The notes under the pieces are model-generated. The model was given only the letters and a program-made list of their open reading frames with translations, did not search any database and was not told the origin of the DNA. From positions 64,001-107,025 of the IMG/VR virus record IMGVR_UViG_2700989413_000006: a DNA stretch of 43,025 nt; one strand, given 5' to 3'. Positions within the stretch are counted from its first letter, which is position 1. The number at the start of each line of letters is the position of its first letter. Positions 1 through 11,600 of this stretch are shown here, piece after piece. The stretch is from a virus (Duplodnaviria; Heunggongvirae; Uroviricota; Caudoviricetes). The position numbers and the translations under genes were made by a program.

Positions 1-497
1 TTAACGAAAGCTGTCTCACCTACGTTGTAAACAAAAGAAGCCAGTGCATCGAATTGATTTTGCGACACCTTCACTTTCACACACTTATCAAGACATGCAT
101 CAACCCACTTACAATCGTTTTTGAGCCATTCTTCTGCTTGAGCGCGTGTGCAGGTATCACCCATTCTGACAGCCTTGCCATTTGGATATTTGATTGTTCC
201 GAACCCGATAGTCGGTACACTGCCTGTATCCAGATATGCCGTATTCCTGAAACCTTCAAATCCACGAATAAGTTCATATCCTTTTTCGGAAATATCCCAT
301 TGCCCTGTAACGCCAGATTCAAGTTTGTAACCAATGAGTTTGGCAAAAGTTTCTAAACCCGCTTTTTCAATGATCTCATCACCAGCGGTTACTTGTTCTT
401 GCGTTAACTTTCCTCCTGACATCGCCCGAAGCCAAGAATAAGTTTGTGCAATCTGGGCCATTTGCACTGATGCAAGCGTGGATACCATGCTACTCAT
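1..497 (-). CDS. Endolysin, GH24 (T4-lysozyme-like) muramidase, truncated by the window edge
   Basis: Not in the ORF track; translated by hand from ATG at 497, which overlaps the holin stop (TAATG): MSSMVSTLASVQMAQIAQTYSWLRAMSGGKLTQEQV...LIRGFEGFRNTAYLDTGSVPTIGFGTIKYPNG...QNQFDALASFVYNVGETAF. Contains the E-x8-D-x5-T catalytic triad. The GGKLTQxQV N-terminal extension resembles Acinetobacter prophage lysins. Confidence 0.93.
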   Translation of the reverse strand, partial: MSSMVSTLASVQMAQIAQTYSWLRAMSGGKLTQEQVTAGDEIIEKAGLETFAKLIGYKLESGVTGQWDISEKGYELIRGFEGFRNTAYLDTGSVPTIGFGTIKYPNGKAVRMGDTCTRAQAEEWLKNDCKWVDACLDKCVKVKVSQNQFDALASFVYNVGETAFV

Positions 498-889
498 TAA
501 TCTTTAAACTCCTTCAGGTCGTTTTTAATATCAGTTGCAACTTCGAAAATGTCGGAACCCTCCTTCTTTTCGATATAGTTGAAAATCCAACGGACAATAG
601 CCCACCCCGGCAAGCCACATGTGAAGAAGAAACCGCCAAGAGCGATCATTCCCCATACGTCTGTTGCCCAAGCGTGAAGGTTAAATTTGATGATGATGAA
701 AGAGCCGCCAGCCAAGCTTGAAATTACTGTGGTAATCAAGCCAACTCCCCACTCTCTCGGAGATCTCGGCATCCGCATCATGAGCACTACAGCCGCAACT
801 GCCATCACACAGATTGCGACTACGATAGTCATGCCAAATGCCTTCCAAGCAGCGAATCCACCGATAGTAGTTGATACTGGTTCGGTCAT
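497..889 (-). CDS. Putative holin (three predicted TM helices)
   Basis: 130 aa with three hydrophobic stretches and a charged C-terminus; directly upstream of, and translationally coupled to, the endolysin. Confidence 0.75.
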   Translation of the reverse strand: MTEPVSTTIGGFAAWKAFGMTIVVAICVMAVAAVVLMMRMPRSPREWGVGLITTVISSLAGGSFIIIKFNLHAWATDVWGMIALGGFFFTCGLPGWAIVRWIFNYIEKKEGSDIFEVATDIKNDLKEFKD

Positions 890-942
890 GATTTTCTCGC
901 CTTAGATTAGTTGAGAAAATATAACATTTTTACTATATTTTA

Positions 943-960
943 TAAATAAGCACTTACTAA
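943..960. promoter_or_regulatory. Degenerate copy of the 18-bp palindromic box (TAAATAA-GCAC-TTACTAA)
   Basis: Lies in the AT-rich divergent gap between the holin and the 1013 gene; one mismatch to the relaxed consensus TMARTMA-N4-TKACTKA. Confidence 0.4.
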
Positions 961-1012
961 TAATTTATGAGTGTGTAAAAATTATCGTTGTTTAATTTTT
1001 AGGATGTTTACT

Positions 1013-1216
1013 ATGGCATTAAAGCAGATCACGAAAGATGAAGCTAACCTTTTGAACGTTCTTTTAGGGCAAGTCAACTTGCTCGAAGGCCAAAATGGAA
1101 AGCCGGTTGAAAACTTGACCTTGATTTACGATCGGAAGACTCCTGGTCTAGCTTTGGTCGGACTGGTCTATGCAGATGAAACCACTACTACTGAAGAAAA
1201 TGGCGGTACTGCGTAA
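1013..1216 (+). CDS. Small acidic hypothetical protein (67 aa), moron-like
   Basis: AGGA RBS at 1001-1004 before ATG 1013 (MALKQITKDE...); followed by a terminator; opposite strand to its neighbours. Confidence 0.65.
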   Translation: MALKQITKDEANLLNVLLGQVNLLEGQNGKPVENLTLIYDRKTPGLALVGLVYADETTTTEENGGTA

Positions 1217-1231
1217 CCATTCGACTTCATT

Positions 1232-1259
1232 AAAAAGGCTTTCTTGAGAAGCCTTTTTT
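1232..1259. terminator. Bidirectional intrinsic terminator
   Basis: AAAAAGGCTT-tcttgag-AAGCCTTTTT between convergent genes. Confidence 0.8.
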
Positions 1260-1348
1260 ATTACTTAAATACAAAGTAAATCATAACAGAGCAGACTAGA
1301 ATAACGGCACTTTAGCAAAGGTCCTTACTGGTACAAACTTCTGGTTTG

Positions 1349-1600
1349 TCAGCTAATTTCTTTACCATTCCATAAAATTTTCGGCATTTCGGGTCGGTTC
1401 AATTTAACTTCTTGCTTTACACATTTCATGATTACTTTGTCATAACCCTTTAGCTTTTCCATATGCGCTTCATTACTTGCCATTTCGACAGCTATTTCGG
1501 CCCTTTCAGCGGAACAGGCACTTTCTGTTTTAAATTCCCCAGCAATTACGCTATTAACTTCAGCCCCATTCAAAATCAAAGTAAGTATTAATAAATACAT
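1349..1600 (-). CDS. Small protein with hydrophobic N-terminus and two Cys; possibly exported
   Basis: MYLLILTLILNG N-terminus, TESAC...KCV; AGGAG-type RBS upstream; last gene of the tail operon. Confidence 0.6.
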   Translation of the reverse strand: MYLLILTLILNGAEVNSVIAGEFKTESACSAERAEIAVEMASNEAHMEKLKGYDKVIMKCVKQEVKLNRPEMPKILWNGKEIS

Positions 1601-1609
1601 AACGACTCC

Positions 1610-2344
1610 TTAAGTTGGCATATAACCTACATAAATAGTTGTTACCCAAGATCTGGTATCTGTATCACCGATAGCAGGTTCACTTAATCTCAGTTGCAAA
1701 TAGAGAGTTGTATCTTTAAAACAAGCTAGTAAGAAATTTTGTGTAGGAGGAAGTGGGTACAAATCACCCCCTTCGCCGTTGAACCAGAAGAAATTTATAC
1801 CATCAACCCATATCCACATCTTGCCCGGAACACCGTTAGGTATAACGTTTGCTTTCCATTCATCAATTCCAACCATTTCTTCAAATGTTCCAATTTTAAG
1901 AATTCTTGGAGAATTCATGAAGGTCTGCAAATCCCATACAATTTCATTGTTAGCATTTCGTACTTCTAAATATGCGGATGAAGATGAGCTTATAGCTAAG
2001 GCTTCTGTATACTGACGGCAGTATATAGTCTGCCGTCCCTGATGAATGCCTTGATATAAACCTGGTTGGTATTGAGAATCTCTACCTGTGAATGTTTGCG
2101 GGTTAAAAATTACAGCATCGTCAGCATGCCACCAGTTTATTTGATCATCCCTTGCTAGTTTATATGGCGCTACGAACAGCGTTTCGTATTTTCCAGTAAC
2201 AGGGTTACGAGCACCTGTTGCCCAATTAGAACTGGTCATATCTTGTGCAGTCCATACGATTTCACCAGCTTTTACTAAGACTTTGCTTTCACTGTTGAGA
2301 ACAACTTCACCAGTATCGTCTTTAATTTCAATACCTATGGGCAT
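1610..2344 (-). CDS. Tail-tip accessory protein downstream of J
   Basis: Start refined to MPIGIEIKDDTGEVVLNS (AGGAG RBS upstream). The G-I-E-I-x-D-x-x-G-x-V-V-L strand is typical of proteins encoded after siphovirus central fibres and recurs internally (YLEVRNANNEIVWD). Confidence 0.65.
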   Translation of the reverse strand: MPIGIEIKDDTGEVVLNSESKVLVKAGEIVWTAQDMTSSNWATGARNPVTGKYETLFVAPYKLARDDQINWWHADDAVIFNPQTFTGRDSQYQPGLYQGIHQGRQTIYCRQYTEALAISSSSSAYLEVRNANNEIVWDLQTFMNSPRILKIGTFEEMVGIDEWKANVIPNGVPGKMWIWVDGINFFWFNGEGGDLYPLPPTQNFLLACFKDTTLYLQLRLSEPAIGDTDTRSWVTTIYVGYMPT

Positions 2345-2357
2345 AACTGCGTAGCTC

Positions 2358-2672
2358 CTAGTGATGAAATATTTTAAATGTGTTTGTTTCTGGAGGTAGG
2401 CCCCAATCATGCTTTGCATAAATTACAGGTGCTCCACCAGTAGTTTTTCCAAAGGTGATTTCTACATTAAAGATTATGTATCTACCATTGGTGTAGATGG
2501 CGTCAGTTGGAACAGCCCACCTAGGTCCATCATTAATTCCTGCAATGTTTTGCTTGCTGTAAGAACTTTGTTGAATCGTTACAGTAGTGACAAAAGTAAT
2601 TACATGATCCGTTGTCGAATCATAAGCGATTGAGTTATCTGGATACCTTATTTCAAGTCTAGCGTTTGCCAT
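2358..2672 (-). CDS. Small tail-tip accessory protein
   Basis: MANARLEIRYPDNSIAYDSTTD N-terminal motif related to the next gene; abuts the J stop codon. Confidence 0.65.
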   Translation of the reverse strand: MANARLEIRYPDNSIAYDSTTDHVITFVTTVTIQQSSYSKQNIAGINDGPRWAVPTDAIYTNGRYIIFNVEITFGKTTGGAPVIYAKHDWGLPPETNTFKIFHH

Positions 2673-5600
2673 TTACCAAATCCCTAATCTAATACGTGCC
2701 ACGTTGTTATCGTCATAAACGGTAGTCAAACTACCTGTAATAACCATTCGCGCTCCATTAGGCTTCGTTGGATCCTTAAGTGTGGTTAAAGTTCCAAGAT
2801 TTGCGCTAATTGCACTTAAACTTGAGGCATTGATTTTTTCCGCGTTGATATAGCCGATTGACGCATTGTCCAAATACAGTCCGGCAGGTACGACTGTTCC
2901 ATTTGGCAACGTTGTGGCTGTCGGTTGATAAACAAATGCGTATTTAGGCGCTACAGAACCCGCTGCGGCATTAGATGGTGGAGCGATGGCGAACTTGTTA
3001 GCCTGAATAATGAAATCAACGGTTTTGCTATCGTTCTCAATCCCAACACCGCCAATTAAATTGCCGGATTGCAACTTCAAAGTTGCTCTTGATTTCAATC
3101 CATCAATTGATTGTTGCTGCGATTGAATTGACGCCGTATGTCCACCCACAGTTGTTTGCAGATTGGTAATACTTGTCGCCTGAGTTGAGACTTTTCCATC
3201 AATCGTTGATACCTTGGCATCAAGTGAAGATAGCGCTGAGGCCTCAGCTTTATTCGATAAGCCATCACTCAATGCTTTAATGTCCTGAGACCATGCGAAC
3301 CACGAGTTGTAATCAGCACTTCTTCGTTCAGCAGTAAAAGCCGAAGAAGAACCTCGTGCAATTTGAATGATTGGGCCACCAGATGGGTCAATCCAATAAA
3401 CGTATGTTTCAAGGGAGACATATGTACCCATGCCAGTCAAACCTAGCACAGAGGCTTGCTTGAACTCGCGAACGATACGCAATGGATAGTTTGACCAATA
3501 CCACGATGGAGGCTGATTAGTAGATCGAGTATCGGATACTGCAACATCCTTTAATAAGCCATTCACAGATGCATTCAGCGAAGTAATACTTGAGCCTTGA
3601 GAGGTAATTGCACCTTCGGTTGTAGTTACGCGGTTGGCGAGGTTTGTTAGAGCCGAACTATCTGCTTTTGTTGCTAACGTGCCGTTAATATTGGTGATGC
3701 TATTGTTTAGCGAGGTAATACTACTGCTATGTGAAGCAATATCCTTACCTTGTTGAGTCACTGTGTTCGACAATGACGAAATGGCAGAAGCATTTGCATC
3801 CAGTTGAGTGGTTAAAGTTCGGGAGTCACCTAAACCTACAGGTACACCATTCACAAAACTAAGCGGGTATTCAATCCACTGATTAGGAACAGTCGAATCA
3901 AACATACCGAGAATACCATTGCCTGCATCTAGGTCTTTGCGTCCTACAAAAATAGGAAGAGCATTCCAGTTCCAAGATCTGAAATATGTGTCGCCAGCAC
4001 CAGAAGCAAGTAAAAGCGCACGTAAATCAGTATTTGGGTTTGAATTTCCAACTGAGCCAATGTTATCTGTACCCACGATTGCAAAGTAAGTTCCCGATGC
4101 AAGCGCCTTGATAGCGGCATAGATGGCGTTACATGCAGATACGATGTCGCCATAGGTGTCATATTGCGTACAGCTTTCAACATCCCCATTTTTAAACACA
4201 ATGAGATTTAAACCGCGCCCAAATCCATATAATCGCGTATTGTTTCCAGTGTAGACGCCAGCCGCCTTTGGCATGCCAACGGCAGAGCCGTTACGGAAAG
4301 TCACCAGCGAATATGACTTCGTGTTACCGATTTGATTAGTGAGCGAGGTAATGCTGCTGCTATTTGATGTAATAGTATTGCCTTGCTGACTTACTGTATT
4401 AGTAAGATTTGCGATAGCAGCGGCATTTGCATTGCTATCAGGGATATAATCATATGGGCTTGGAATCCAAGCATCAGTCGTGAGTACATCGCCTTTTACA
4501 AGCACCGCCCAATAAACCGTACCAACGCTACCCTTGTCGGCTGTCGGACGGTTGAGCATGTAGAAGTGGATAATTGGGCCAGAGGCAACTGCGCTGTTTT
4601 TAACAAAGGTAACTTTGCTGACAACCTTACCATTCGTATTTACTACGGCTTGCAGATGTTGTGAGCCACCACCTGCGTATACAGCAAGTGATGAGTTTGT
4701 ATCGCCAGTCCCTCGTTTATGTTCAGCACACCAAATTAAAGTATATGTAGCCCCAACTTCCCAATCTTCACCGAGTTTGTATGTATGGTGTGGGTATGAG
4801 ACACCATCATAAGTGCCAACTACATTGGATTTGATGAGAAGGTTTGTGCCCGCCTTTCCACTAACCGCTAGGGAATTAGTCAATGAGGTAATTGAATTAC
4901 CTTGGCTTGTGATATTCCCCTCCGCAGTGGTTACTCGATTAGAGAGCGAATTTAAGGCTGTCGCATCTGCCTTCTGGGCGAGGGTGGCATTGATGTTTGT
5001 AACGCTATTGTTGAGCGTAACGATATTATTTGATGCCGAAGTTAAACGACCGTCGATGTTTGTAACTTTTGAAGTTAAATCAGTTACGGCGGACGAGGTT
5101 GCTTGCAAGTCGGTTGCTAACTTCTTATTACCTGTAATGTTACGTACTTGAATGTTCGTAACATGCCATTGCTGCCCCGCTGCTTCTGACGCAGCAATAC
5201 TTACTTGAAGCCAAGGTCGAATATCAACCATGCCATTTGGCACAGTGAAATAACCTTCCACCATACCCCAAGCATTTTTGTCCGTAGACTTAATGGCAAC
5301 GCTATACCAAGTGTAAGTGCCTGCGCTGTTCCGAGTATTGAAACCAAGCACGGCAGAAGCGGTTGCTGATGTATTTGGCGTCGCAAACCAAGCCGAAACA
5401 TAGAACATGTCGCCAACATTACATTTGACGAAAGGACCGTAATAACTATCACGGTTATTCAGTCTTAATGCTTTTGCAGAAGGCGGGTTAGGCGCTGCGT
5501 CAGTCGCATCAACAATTACGCCAGATGTCCAATCGCTTTTCGGGTCTACGAAATCAGGATTAAGAACAAGATTCGATAAATCATTGTTAGTAATCTTGTT

Positions 5601-8600
5601 GGTTAAGGTGGTAATAGAATTACTGTGAGAAGTAATTGTATCGCCCTGTTGAGACACAGTATTTGTCAGATTACTAATTGCAGAAGCAGTGGCATTAAGC
5701 GTTGTTGAAATGTCTAATAAAGACGGCTCAATGATTGCAGAAATGCCATTAGATGCGAGGTCTGCCTCAGCCATGAAACTAGCTGACCAACCATCGGCCC
5801 AACTATCTGGTGGAGTTGTGTAGCCAATTTCAGCGTCGATATTGAATTTTGGATATTGCCAGTAAGCGCCTGGTGCCTGAGAAGTTAAAATAACGACTAC
5901 TGTGCCATTTCGGACACCCATGCGAACTCGAATTGGCATGGTGCCCGAATTTACCACTCCATGTTGAAGCAGAGAGGTGCCCGAATATGCATAGCCCCCA
6001 ATGTTCAGATTAATTTCATTCTTAGCGGCCAAGTAGTTATAGCCAGTAAGTGAAAGTCGGAACATTTTATTTGTGAAGGTAATTGGCGTTTGGATTACGA
6101 TATTGCCAGTTAGATTTGCGCCGTTTTGCTGCCATACAAGAACGCCTCTAAATAACTTAGCTGCGCCAGTACCGCCCTGAATCTTAGGCAATGCAGCGTT
6201 CGCTGTATTGGTTGTAACCGTTAAGCTGTTACTTAAATTAGTAATCGCATTACTTTGATTGGTTAAACCATTTTCAGCAGCCGTCATTCTCGTTGAAAGA
6301 CCGCTTAGAGCCGAGTTTGCCGCTGAGATATTCCCTTCTGCTGCACTCATACGAGAGTTAAGCGAAGTGATTGAATTTGTTGCTGTCGTTAAGCGTCCAT
6401 CAACTTCTGATACTTTGGTATCAAGAGCGCTAATCGCTGATGCATTTGCATCATTGCCAACAATTGCCTCTGCATCTTCCAGAATTAGGTAATCAAGCTC
6501 AACAATGCCCGTTTGCGCCGAATAGTTTGCAATAAACATCGGCGTGATGAAGCCTGCTTGTTGTGAAACAGTACGTGGGCTTGTTTTTGAGCCTGAACCC
6601 GATGCTGCTCCTGCTGATCGACCTTTGATATACGCAACGATTTCTTGCCATTCATCGATCGCAGGTGCGTGCGCATTAACAACATAGTTAGAAGACCCCA
6701 TATCGCCCGATAATGCGTTGGCTGTTGTTACGTATAGTGCCTTGTCTGGGGTTTTCTGAGAGACACCGAGGTAAATTGTGCCTGTTCCGGCACGACGGCG
6801 ATACCGCGCACGAAGTCGATATGTCTTAGTTGCATCAAAAGGAATGAAGTTATTCGGATGCATCCAAACAATATCATTGCCAGCATTATTTCCAAGTTGA
6901 ATAACACGACCCGCTTGGCCATCCGCTTGTGCAACAATTGAGTATTCGCCTGACGTATTAAAGAATGTCCAATCGCCCTGTGCATTACCCGCATTCATTG
7001 AAATGCTTGAAGTAGCGTTGCTTAAAGTTGAACTTAAAGCTGTAATGGCATTGGTATTTGACGTTACTTTGCCATCGACATTCGTAACTTTCGTGTCGAG
7101 GTTTTGAAGCGCAGAAGCATCAGCCTTTTTGTTTAAATTGCCTTCTGTGGTCGTCATGCGACTTTCGAGGCTAGTGACGCGTCCCGCAGTCGCGGCGTTT
7201 TGGCTAGTGGCTGTGTTGAATAAATCAGTCGCCTTGGCTTGCGTTGAAAGAATCATTCCGGTTGGGTCGCTACCTGCAATCCAAGCCGAAGGGGTTGTGT
7301 TGTTGCCAACTTGCCGTTCAAGCATCATTCTTTCGATATTGATAACTTGTCCCGCAGGTTTGCCTGTAGGGTTTCCGATTAACAGCATACATGCAGCGGC
7401 ACCACCAGCGGGCACCGTGAACACCCCGCTATAGCGGGTTAATGTTGCGGTAATATTAAAGCGCAGGCGTGTACTATCTACATTGTAGAGTTGCCACTCA
7501 ATAGCATGCGGTGGTGTCCCGCCAACAGTTTTGGCAACAAAACTAAAAATGTATGTACCTTCTGTTAGCCACTGTCGCGGAACTTGGCCGCCACCAATGT
7601 TGAAGTAAGTGCCGCTAGTGGTGTTGGCAGGCATCGTGAATTGGAACGCACGCACATTCACCGTATCTGGTGATTGAATAACTTCAAATGGAAGACCTGA
7701 AATCCAATTTGGCTTTTCGATTGGGTTGGAAATTTCAGGGCCGAGCAAGTTCACGCCTTGATTTGGAATTCCCTCAAAGCTGCTTTGCAACGCTGTTAAT
7801 GCAGAAGAGTTAGATGTAACTTTGCCGTCGATTAGTGTTACTTTTGAATCAAGCGACTGTAATGCGCTCGCATCCGCTTTACTCGAAAGTGCGCCGTTGA
7901 TGCTTGAAATGCTGTTATTTAGTTGAGTAATAGAATTACTATGGGAAGTAATGGTATTACCCTGCTGGCTGACAGTGTTTGACAGGGTGTTAATCGCATT
8001 CGCATTGGCTGCAATAGCATCGCTATAAGCTTTTGGAATGGTGTCGTTTACAGCCGTTACATCAAATACTTCGTATGAAGCAAGAATCACAAAGACTGGA
8101 TTATCAACCGTTGGTACTGGCGGGTTAGTACCGGCAATTACGCGGAAATGACCTTGAATAGTAGAGCCACTTAAATCAGCCCCACCTTGTACGACAGAGT
8201 AGTACGTTTCAAATTTGCCAGTTCCTAGATCATTACCCAAGATTCGGATGTATCCACCCGTACCCGTAGCATTACCGATGGCTTGTAATTTTGTGCCTAC
8301 TGGCATCTTAATAATTTGTTTAATTAAGAATGTCTTATTAGCAGTAAGCACGAGCGTTGGAGCAGTTGGATACCAACCACCACCCAACGCTTGAGTTGCC
8401 TTAATAAGCATTTCATGGGTTGAGCCAGTTGGGTTGTCTGTTGACTTGGCTTGCTTAATCCATGAGGTTCCCGCAGGGAAATTGTATGCAGACAAACCGC
8501 CCGAAGAGGTAGTTTTAAAAGTTGGATCCTCGCGTAGAGGCTTACCAAGCGATAACAGTCGCGCCAGAACATTTACGTCGTTCAAGTTGCTGTTTGTTAG

Positions 8601-11600
8601 ATCAAGGCTATTGCTAAGCGAAGTAATCTGCCCGCTTTGACTTGAAATCTTGCCCTCGGCTGTTTCCACTCGGCTAGTTAAGTTATTGACCGCGCTTGAA
8701 TCGGCTTTGTTTGCCAGTGTTCCATTGATTGAGGTGACGCTATTTTGTAGCGATGCAATTGAATCACTTTGATTGGTGATCTTGCCCTCAGCGGTTGCCA
8801 TGCGTGTCGAAAGTCCACCAACCGCAGTATTTGTGCTGTTGATATTTCCTTCGGCTGTAGACATGCGCGAATTTAGTGACGTAATCGAATCTGTAGCAGT
8901 GGTTAGCCGACCATCGATATTGTCAACTTTTGTTTGGGTCGTTTGAATTGCAGAAGCATTGGCGTCAATTGCAGCCTTTGTATCACGAGGGCTTGGACTC
9001 CAAGCGGTAGCCTTTGTGCCCGCTTCAATTTGTAATTTACGAATCGTCGGGATACGGCCAGTTCCATACGTTCCATAGAACTCAATTGTCGAAACAGTTG
9101 TACTTGCCGTATGCGCTTTTGGACTAACTGTTACTGAATATTTGGCAAATTGATTTACGATAATTGCATTAACGGAAGTAACGAATTGGTGAGCAGAACC
9201 ATTTGACGAATAAACTTGAACCGGTCCAGCCACAGGAACGCTCATTTCAAACGAAATCGTGATTGGCTTCTCAAGGTTTTCGTCATAGAACGCTTTTAAT
9301 TCGGCGCTACGTTCATACAGTAAATATTCGCGATTCGTTGCGGCAGTTGAAGTGCGAGGAGCTTCGGAGTTCGCAACAACGTTTACACCACCAATCGTCA
9401 ATTGACTGTTGAACTTGTCGATTGCGCCAGAGGCGGCAGAATCAGCCTCAGTTTTTGTGTAGTAGTTGTTTAATGCAGACGCGTCAGCTTTAGTTGAAAG
9501 CCCCTTCTCAATGCTGGAAACACTGCCCTGAAGCGAGGTAACGGCATTGGCAGTACTTGTTACTCGACCATCAATTTCTGATACTTTTGAATCCAAAGAA
9601 TTGAGAGCGCTTGAGTCAGCTTTGGTTGAAACGGCTTTGTTGGTAGATGCTAGATCGTTTTGAAGAGAGACAATTGACGACCCTTGTGATGAAATTTGCC
9701 CCTCAGCATTAGAAACGCGAGTTGTTAATGCATTTAAAGCCGTAGCATCCGCTTTGTTTGAAAGGGTTCCATTAATCGTATTAATGCTGTTGTTTAGTTG
9801 CGTGATCGAATTGCCCTGAGATGTAATTTTCCCCTCGTCGTTCGAAACGCGTGTAGTTAGGTTGTTGATTGCTACAGCGTTTGTATCTAAGGCATTCTTA
9901 ATCGCATTTAGATCAGCAGGACCCGCCGTCCACGTAGAAGCAGGCTTTTCGGAACCGACAGACTCTTCTAGCATCAACATATCGATGAGGTATTCGCCGG
10001 CAGAAGGCCCCGAAGGGTTGCCTACAACATAGACGGTTGCGCCGATTGTGTTTGCAGGTGAGTTGACTGGTTTAAAGGAATAACGTTGACCGTTAGCGTT
10101 TGGAGCAACGTAAGAATCTGTTTGACCTTGTGGAAAAATGATTCCGGCATTTGTTGTGATGTTTCCAGTGCTAGGGTCACGAATAAACCACATGATGTTG
10201 AAACGGAATGATGGAACGGCCGTTGATAAAGCCTTCAACCAAGCGCTAAATGTATAAGCGCGCCCCGCCTCAACTTGCATCGCCATTTGTGATGGCGCTA
10301 GAGCGGCCTGAGCGGTGCCGAAATACACATAATGAGCCGCCGCCGTGAATGACACTTTGTAAGCCTTACCGTTTCGACGTAACGCAGAGTCCACTAAAGC
10401 TACGGTACGACCTGCTCCACCTAGAGCTGGAAGTTCTTGTGGGTCCGAGAAGGGCGCAACAATGTTATTAATGCCTTTTCCGCTGCTTAATTCTGATTTA
10501 AGAGCTGTAACGGAGTTTGCGGCAGCGTTAGCCTTGTCTACCGCTGTACTTGCGGTTTGTTGAGCTGTAGCAGCAGAATTAATCGCTTCGGCGGTTTTGC
10601 CCTCGTTTGTGGTCAAACGGGAATCAAGCGACGTGATTTTCTGAGCATTGGCATCTGTATTCGTGGCGTTCGTTGTGATCTGCTCTTGCAAGCTAGATAA
10701 CGAGCCTTTAGTGCTTGATTTGAACGTCTCAATGTTGCTTAACAACGCAGCGTCTTCTGACTTGCGTTGAGTTGTTTCTGTCGTGAGACCGTCTTTCAGA
10801 TTAGAAATTGCCACTGTGCGTGCATCTGCTTCATCGGCGATTTTTTGGTTCAACTGATTTGTTGAGGTTGTTAAATCGCTGGCAACTTTTGACGCTGCGG
10901 ACGCTGCATTATTCGCGGTTGTTTGTGCGTTCGTTGCGGCTGTATTGGCTTTCGCTGCCGCTGTAGAAGCGCTGTTCGCCATCGTTTGCGCAGTAGTTGC
11001 AGCTGAAGTGGCCTTATCTGCTGTGTCTTTGGCTTGGTTTGATGCGGCAACGGCTTGATCTGCGGCGGTCTTAGCGGCATTTGCTTGGTTTTGAGCGGTC
11101 GCGGCAGTGCTTTGAGCCTCTTTGGCTACGTTTTGCGCTAAATTTGCCGTGTTCTTAGCGGTAGCCGCTGCATCTTTTGCGGCATTGGCAGTTTGCTCAG
11201 AGGTATCAATTTTTTCCTGTAAGGCAGTATCTAAAACGCTTTCGTCAATATGCCCAGAAATAACTTCAAGTACTTTATCCGGGTCAATATCTGGTGCAGC
11301 CGATACAACATCAGACCATTCGCCAGAGATTCCGAATTTGTCCACTAAGCGAGCGCGGAACCAACGCGTATCACTCAGGTTTAAACCTGTCACTTGGTGG
11401 GCTTTCATTGGGTCTGGATATGTGCCTAGTAGAGCAAAGTTAGCTTCTAATGAGTTGTCTAGGCTCATTTGAATCTCTACGTGATCAACGCCTTTGGTGC
11501 CCGGCGCGTATTCCCATGCAAGGTCAATGGCAAACATTGCAGGCGTAGCTTTAAATAAGCCTAGTTTTGGCAATACCGAAGCTTGGCCATTAACTTTTGT

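Noticed and set aside
77-346. Track ORFs at 54..356, 77..346 and 148..330
   Set aside because: The true gene is the endolysin in another minus-strand frame that runs off the window edge.
1262-1370. Possible tiny membrane-peptide pseudogene (MVKKLADKPEVCTSKDLC*SAVILVCSVMIYFVFK)
   Set aside because: Too short, no clear RBS, and a single in-frame stop; cannot be distinguished from chance.
2673-3600. Diversity-generating retroelement or invertible shufflon acting on the tail tip
   Set aside because: I found no second near-identical copy of the C-terminal region, no reverse transcriptase and no invertase in the window.
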